A program made the position numbers and the translations under genes. From the human T2T-CHM13v2.0 reference genome, Homo sapiens, in NCBI RefSeq assembly GCF_009914755.1, contig NC_060934.1: a stretch of DNA of 64,000 bases; one strand, 5' to 3'. Positions 57,958 to 64,000 of the stretch are shown piece after piece. How positions within the stretch are numbered: position 1 is the first letter of the stretch; the number at the start of each line of letters is the position of its first letter. Under the pieces are notes generated by a model. It ran no database searches, was not told where the DNA came from, and saw only the letters and a list, made by a program, of their open reading frames with translations.

Positions 57958-58469
57958 CTGCACTCCCAGAACTTTAAAAGTTCCAGTCTCTGAAAGCCAT
58001 GATGCCATTACAATGAGACAAAAAGAAGACCTTCAAAAGCAAAATTTGGGGAAGTTGTCTTTTCCATAGCTCCTTGACTCACGCCCATGGGGCCGCTTCT
58101 GGTTTATTCTTTTTGAGAGGCTTGTTATGGATATTGTTACATTGACATGAGGGCATTGGAAAGACAGATCTAATCCCCCCAAACACACTTGTCATATACA
58201 CCCACAAAATAAATGAGACAATAAAACAATGAATAACAAATGATTACAGCTATCCTTAAAATTAAATAGTAACCTGCAATAAAATGGGTGAGGACTCAGT
58301 TTAGAGAAACCCTTCCTTAGAAAAGTTGGTTGCATTCAGATTCTAAAAGTTGACCTTCAGTAGAATCTAAGCCCTTGGCATTTGTTTTATTATCTTTCCA
58401 GAGCTTTACACTTTATTGTAAGAGGCAGCTAAAGCAAGTCTCTCTTGTTCCTACACATTTCTTTAAGAA

Positions 58470-58551
58470 CTCAGTTCACTTCCCTATAGCAAGTGCCACC
58501 CAATGCTTTCCCTAAAAGCTCAGTCCACTTCCCTATAGTAAGTGCCACCCA
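58470..58551. repeat. 33-bp direct repeat (49-bp period) in proximal intron 1
   Basis: ctcagt(t/c)cacttccctatag(c/t)aagtgccaccca at 58470 and 58519. Confidence 0.9.
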
Positions 58552-58659
58552 CTGGAAACTAGCAAAGCATTCCAGGATTTCAGTATTTCTGAGATGCCAT
58601 AAGAGCACTGGGGGGAAAAAAAGGAGATGAAGAAGGGTATTGGGTGGGGAAAATCTTAC

Positions 58660-58706
58660 CTCAACTTCTGACTGGCGGGGACGGTTATTTTATTAAGCTT
58701 GTCCAT
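58660..58706 (-). CDS. BLNK: BLNK coding exon 1 (47 nt, MDKLNKITVPASQKL-R)
   Basis: Minus strand reads agaATGGACAAGCTTAATAAAATAACC...AAGTTGAG|gtaag. Strong Kozak (A at -3, G at +4). Matches the BLNK N-terminus. Confidence 0.98.
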
Positions 58707-59230
58707 TCTGTTTGGTAATTGTAAGAGACACGAATAACTGTCCAGTGGTCACGTCAGCAGTTCCTGGCCCTCCTAGGGAGCAGCATGGTAAGCCTCTGGT
58801 CTCAAGGGTTCCGGCCACTCAAGTCTGATTTCTGAGAGTGCAGGCTGCTGGCAAACACCCCTGCTCTAGGGAGAAGTAAAACTTGCCCGAGCACATAGTC
58901 AAGTTTCATGTTTCTACATAATCATGTGATCTGGATAGCCAGCCAGCTTGGTGATTACTCCACTTTGTGTAAACTTTAATAATGAAACCTATTGGGCAGG
59001 CAAATTTCTTTCCAGCTGCTTTCTTTTACAATCAGATTTGTAACCAGGTTAGGACAAGTTTCTGGCTGGTCACTACTTCCTGTTTGTCCCAAACACATAT
59101 AGTCTGTTTCCAGCAGGTGCATGCTATAACTGGGAACTTCCTGGGCTCAAGGAAAAGCAGAGTAATCAAGTCCATCTGAACCTCTCTTGGAGACTTTCTG
59201 CTTATTTGCATAAAGTTATGGATAAGCTTT
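58707..59230 (-). promoter_or_regulatory. BLNK: BLNK 5' UTR and proximal promoter
   Basis: Repeat-free region upstream of the ATG. Contains CRE-like TGACGTG (58750-58756), ETS ACTTCCTGT (59075-59083), E-box CAGGTG (59114-59119), kB-like GGGAACTTCC (59132-59141) and octamer ATTTGCAT (59204-59211). The exact TSS cannot be read from sequence. Confidence 0.75.
58754..58786 (-). other. Upstream ORF, 10 codons (MLLPRRARNC*)
   Basis: accATG CTG CTC CCT AGG AGG GCC AGG AAC TGC TGA. The stop lies 47 nt before the main ATG. Confidence 0.6.
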
Positions 59231-60108
59231 TTCTACTTATAGAACCATTATATAAAAATGGCATTTTTGTGCTTTTTCCTACCCCCCGATGCGGGCAATA
59301 CGTTTAAAAATAAATATCAGGTTGTCAGTGGCATGGTGGTAACAGTTTACTCAGAGAATTAGAGTATCTCTTTTTCTGGAGCTCTATTTAAAATGGGATG
59401 GGCAATTCTCTGTTCATCTGGGGGTAGGGATGGATGACTCAGGAAAGGGGAGATGAACTCTATCGTCAGATGTGCAGCCTCCTTATTGCCTGATAGAGTC
59501 AGGAGTTACCTCGCCGATAGCCAGATGCTTTCAAACAAACCAGGATGTACCCAAAAGTCAGATGAGAACAAATCTAACAGTTTCACAACAATGCAATTCC
59601 TACATCAGGCCATTCTGAAGTCCTAAAAGCAGAATGCCATTCCCCTCCTTGCATTTGCCTCTTTCTGTCCTGTCCACCACTTGCTCATCACACCCAGTGA
59701 CACGCCAGACACGAGGCCATCTCAAGGTCAGACAGGTGGGGTGAGGCTGGGAGGAGGGAGCCATACCTGTAGGGGCTGAACCTATTCAGAGAACTCTACT
59801 TCCCTCCTGGAAGACTTTATATTTCCTTCTGCCTAATCTGAAAAATGCTGATTTACCTGTTGTTTAAAGAGCAGCCCGCAGTCCAGGGTCAAGGAGGAAG
59901 AAAATGGGAGGGAAGTGACCTTTTGTACCTGGACACACTTTTCTGCAGCCATCGAGAATGCCCTGCTCACCCTTGTGGAATAAAGTACACGTTTCCAACA
60001 TTTATCAAGGGAACCAGTCTTCTCCTGGGTCAGAATACACAGCAGGACAAAGTAAAGAGCTCTCAGTTACCTCTCCTGTTGCAGACCCAAGATCTGGCTG
60101 AAGACAGT

Positions 60109-60240
60109 GGGGAAAGAGGAGAAGACAGAAGAGGAGAAGGAGGTGGAGGAAGAGGAGGAGGAGGAGGAGGAAGAAGCGGAGGAGGAGGAGGAAGAAGAAG
60201 CGGAGGAGGAGGAGACAGAGGAGGAGGGGGAGAAGGAACA
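60109..60240. repeat. (GGA)n/(GAA)n polypurine tract upstream of BLNK
   Basis: About 130 bp of nearly pure purine on the + strand. Confidence 0.9.
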
Positions 60241-61067
60241 GCGGCAGTGGTAGAGGTGGAAACCGTGGATGGATTTCTTCCCTCCTGTGCCTCTTCTTTG
60301 CACAAATGGATGTTCTGTCTTTTTCCAGGTAACCTTGATTATTCACATTCATCACTGCCTATGAATTTCTGGTTTGACCAGATGTTTAGGAGCAGAATCT
60401 TCAGAGCTGTTGAAGGGTGGGGCCCTTCTGCTTGGCCAGGACACTGACTTGGCCAGGCCAGCAAGAGAGCAGACAATGTTGCATGAGAAAAATGCAAGTG
60501 CTTGTCTCCTGCCATCATTCATTTTCCCCAATCTGGCTGCTCAATTTTCTTGCAGTGCATCCTGAAGGAGCTCTAGACCCTGCCTCCTCCTCTCCCATAG
60601 TTCCTAACTGAAAGAAACAAGTAGACTAGGATGGTAAAGGCACATACAATGTCATCAAAGATCAGGAAATTCAGGCTTCACTGAATGAAATGATAATAGT
60701 CAGCTCGTTCTTTCTGAATTATTGTAAAATGCACCCCATAAGTCACTTGACTTTTCTCTCCACCAACAACTTTGCTCAACACCTGGCTGACAACTTCATA
60801 TTTCCCCAGAGAAAAAGACCAGAGGCAAAGGTTACACTTCTGCTTTTTCTTTTTACAGCCACTGGTCTTTCTTCTTTTTACTGTATTTAGTCTAACATGA
60901 TGAAAATGAGAGACTGTGTTTCCAGACTGGACATTTTACCCCATGTGAAATACAGTGTGACAGCCTAATGTTCCAGGCCTGCCACAACTGCTTTGGCTTC
61001 TAAGTTGCTCCATGACTAAATGAAAATTTTAAATTATTTGACTCTAATTTTGAAGTGGGGAAAACCT

Positions 61068-61068
<1 letters not shown>

Positions 61069-61100
<32 letters not shown>

Positions 61101-61379
61101 AGACGGAGTCTTGCTGTCACCCAGGCTGGAGTGCAGTGGCACGATCTTGACTCACTGCAAGCTCCGCCTCCTGAGTTCACACCATTCTCCTGCCTCAGCT
61201 TCCTGAGTAGCTGGGACTACAGGCACCCGCCACCATGCCTGGCTAATTTTTTGTATTTTTTAGTAGAGACAAGGTTTCACCGTGTTAGCCAGGATGGTCT
61301 CGATCTCCTGACCTCGTGATCCGCCCGCCTCGGCCTCCCAAAGTGCTGGGATTACAGATGTGAGCCACCACACCTGGCC
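61069..61379 (-). mobile_element. AluY
   Basis: Diagnostic cactgcaagctccgcc and gttagccaggatggtctcgatc. Long poly-T. TSD gggaaaacct. Confidence 0.95.
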
Positions 61380-61384
61380 GGGGA

Positions 61385-62700
<1,316 letters not shown>

Positions 62701-64000
62701 TAAAAGATCTGATCTATCTTTGAACTTGTGTTGTAATAACAACAAAAAAAAAAAAAAAAAAAAGAAAGAAAAAATATCTGGTCTAGAATTATGGGGCAAA
62801 GTCAAGATAGCATGCCTAAACCTAAGTCAGATGGTGGTGATCCACCATCTCTGTGAGATGATGAGACTTGAGAACAAGAAGACGGATTGTACTGCTTCTT
62901 GGGGTTGAGACCCCACCAGCCCTGGTTTCTCTTGGGCTCTTTGCCTTGCATCTGTGGATGACAACTACAACACCATGTTTACTGAATGCTTTCTGTGTTT
63001 CCTTTACTATGATGACATTCATTTTACATGTGAAAAAATTGATTCTGAGAGAGGCTAAGTAAACCGGTCTAAAGTTACACCACTCATCAATGGAAAAGCT
63101 GGGACTCAAACCCCAGTCTGTTTCCATAGTCTAAGCTACTAATCATAGACTCTGCCACTGCAAGAGAGATTTTCTGTGATTCAGCAGACAGGCCTGCTCT
63201 GGCATCAGGCACCAACTTAACCATGACCTTGGGCAAGTCTTTTAGTCTCCCTCACCTCAACTTCTTACCTCTAGAGCAAGGGATTCAAAGGGGCTGGGGC
63301 TCCATCTGACTTGGAATCTGGACATTGCCAATGTGCACAGAAACCGGTTAGTGCCAGTGGAAACATTCTCAGAGCTTTTAGAAGAGAAGTCTTGAATTCT
63401 CTTTACTAGACTGCTTCCCAAAGAAGTGCTCAGTGGCTGTGGCAGTTTACAGTGCCTTGGAGGGAGTCCAAGTCCTCACTGGGACTGGAAAGTCAGGCAC
63501 AGTTCACTCTCTTCTCTGCTACCCACACACTGATGGCTTTTCCCTTGCCAGGGCCAGTTTAGGCAAACTGCCACAGGAAGTTGGCAAGGTGTGATGTTGG
63601 TGCTATGCAGTCTGGTTCTATGCAGAACTATAACCTGTTTCCAAGAGGCTCAGCTTCACAACAACTCCATGGGGGCAAAGGGTACTATGGTCATTCCCAT
63701 TTTATGATGTGAAGTCTGATCCTCAGAAGGGTGACAAAACTTACTCAAGGCCACCCATCTTCTTGACATCAGAGCTAGGGCCTTTAGCCCCCAAACCATT
63801 CACCCTCCTTTCCTTTCTTGTGCTGGCCCCCTTTCTCAGGGTTGGGACAGGGATGCATCCTGCAGCAATCACAGACCCAGTAGCTTTCCCACGCATGCGG
63901 GCCAAAGTGGCAGGAGCTTGCGGATGGACAGGCCCGTGCCTGGTTTTCTCAGCCAGTGCCAGTGAAGAGCCAGAGGGAAAAAGGCTGGGAGGAAGCTAAG

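Noticed and set aside
59845-60447. 200-aa Gly-rich ORF and opposite-strand poly-Pro/Ser/Leu ORFs
   Set aside because: They are products of the stop-poor (GGA)n simple repeat, with no other coding signal.

Overview
This is primate, almost certainly human, genomic DNA containing the 5' part of BLNK (B-cell linker / SLP-65) on the minus strand. It covers the promoter, the 5' UTR and coding exons 1-8 (676 nt of CDS, residues 1-225/226). Exon 9 onward lies left of the window. All eight exons were rebuilt by hand with canonical AG/GT boundaries and matching phases. They encode MDKLNKITVP...PPGTAS, including the YxxP tyrosines Y72, Y84, Y96, Y178 and Y189. The rest is intronic and upstream sequence full of Alu, L1, L2 and MIR elements, four solo LTRs (MER61-, MER50-, THE1- and MER51-like, each with an intact target-site duplication, TSD), small DNA transposons and simple repeats. 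I found no convincing new biological system. The most testable leads are: a strong-Kozak 10-codon uORF in the 5' UTR; exon-like remnants in introns 2, 7 and 8; a (TA)n/(CA)n tract at the weak acceptor of skippable exon 8; a perfect CTCF site beside an 18-bp palindrome; inverted Alus around exon 5; an antisense THE1 LTR next to exon 3; and a 159-bp non-tandem duplication containing an Alu head. Repeat family names come from recalled consensus sequences, and their boundaries are approximate unless a TSD is quoted.
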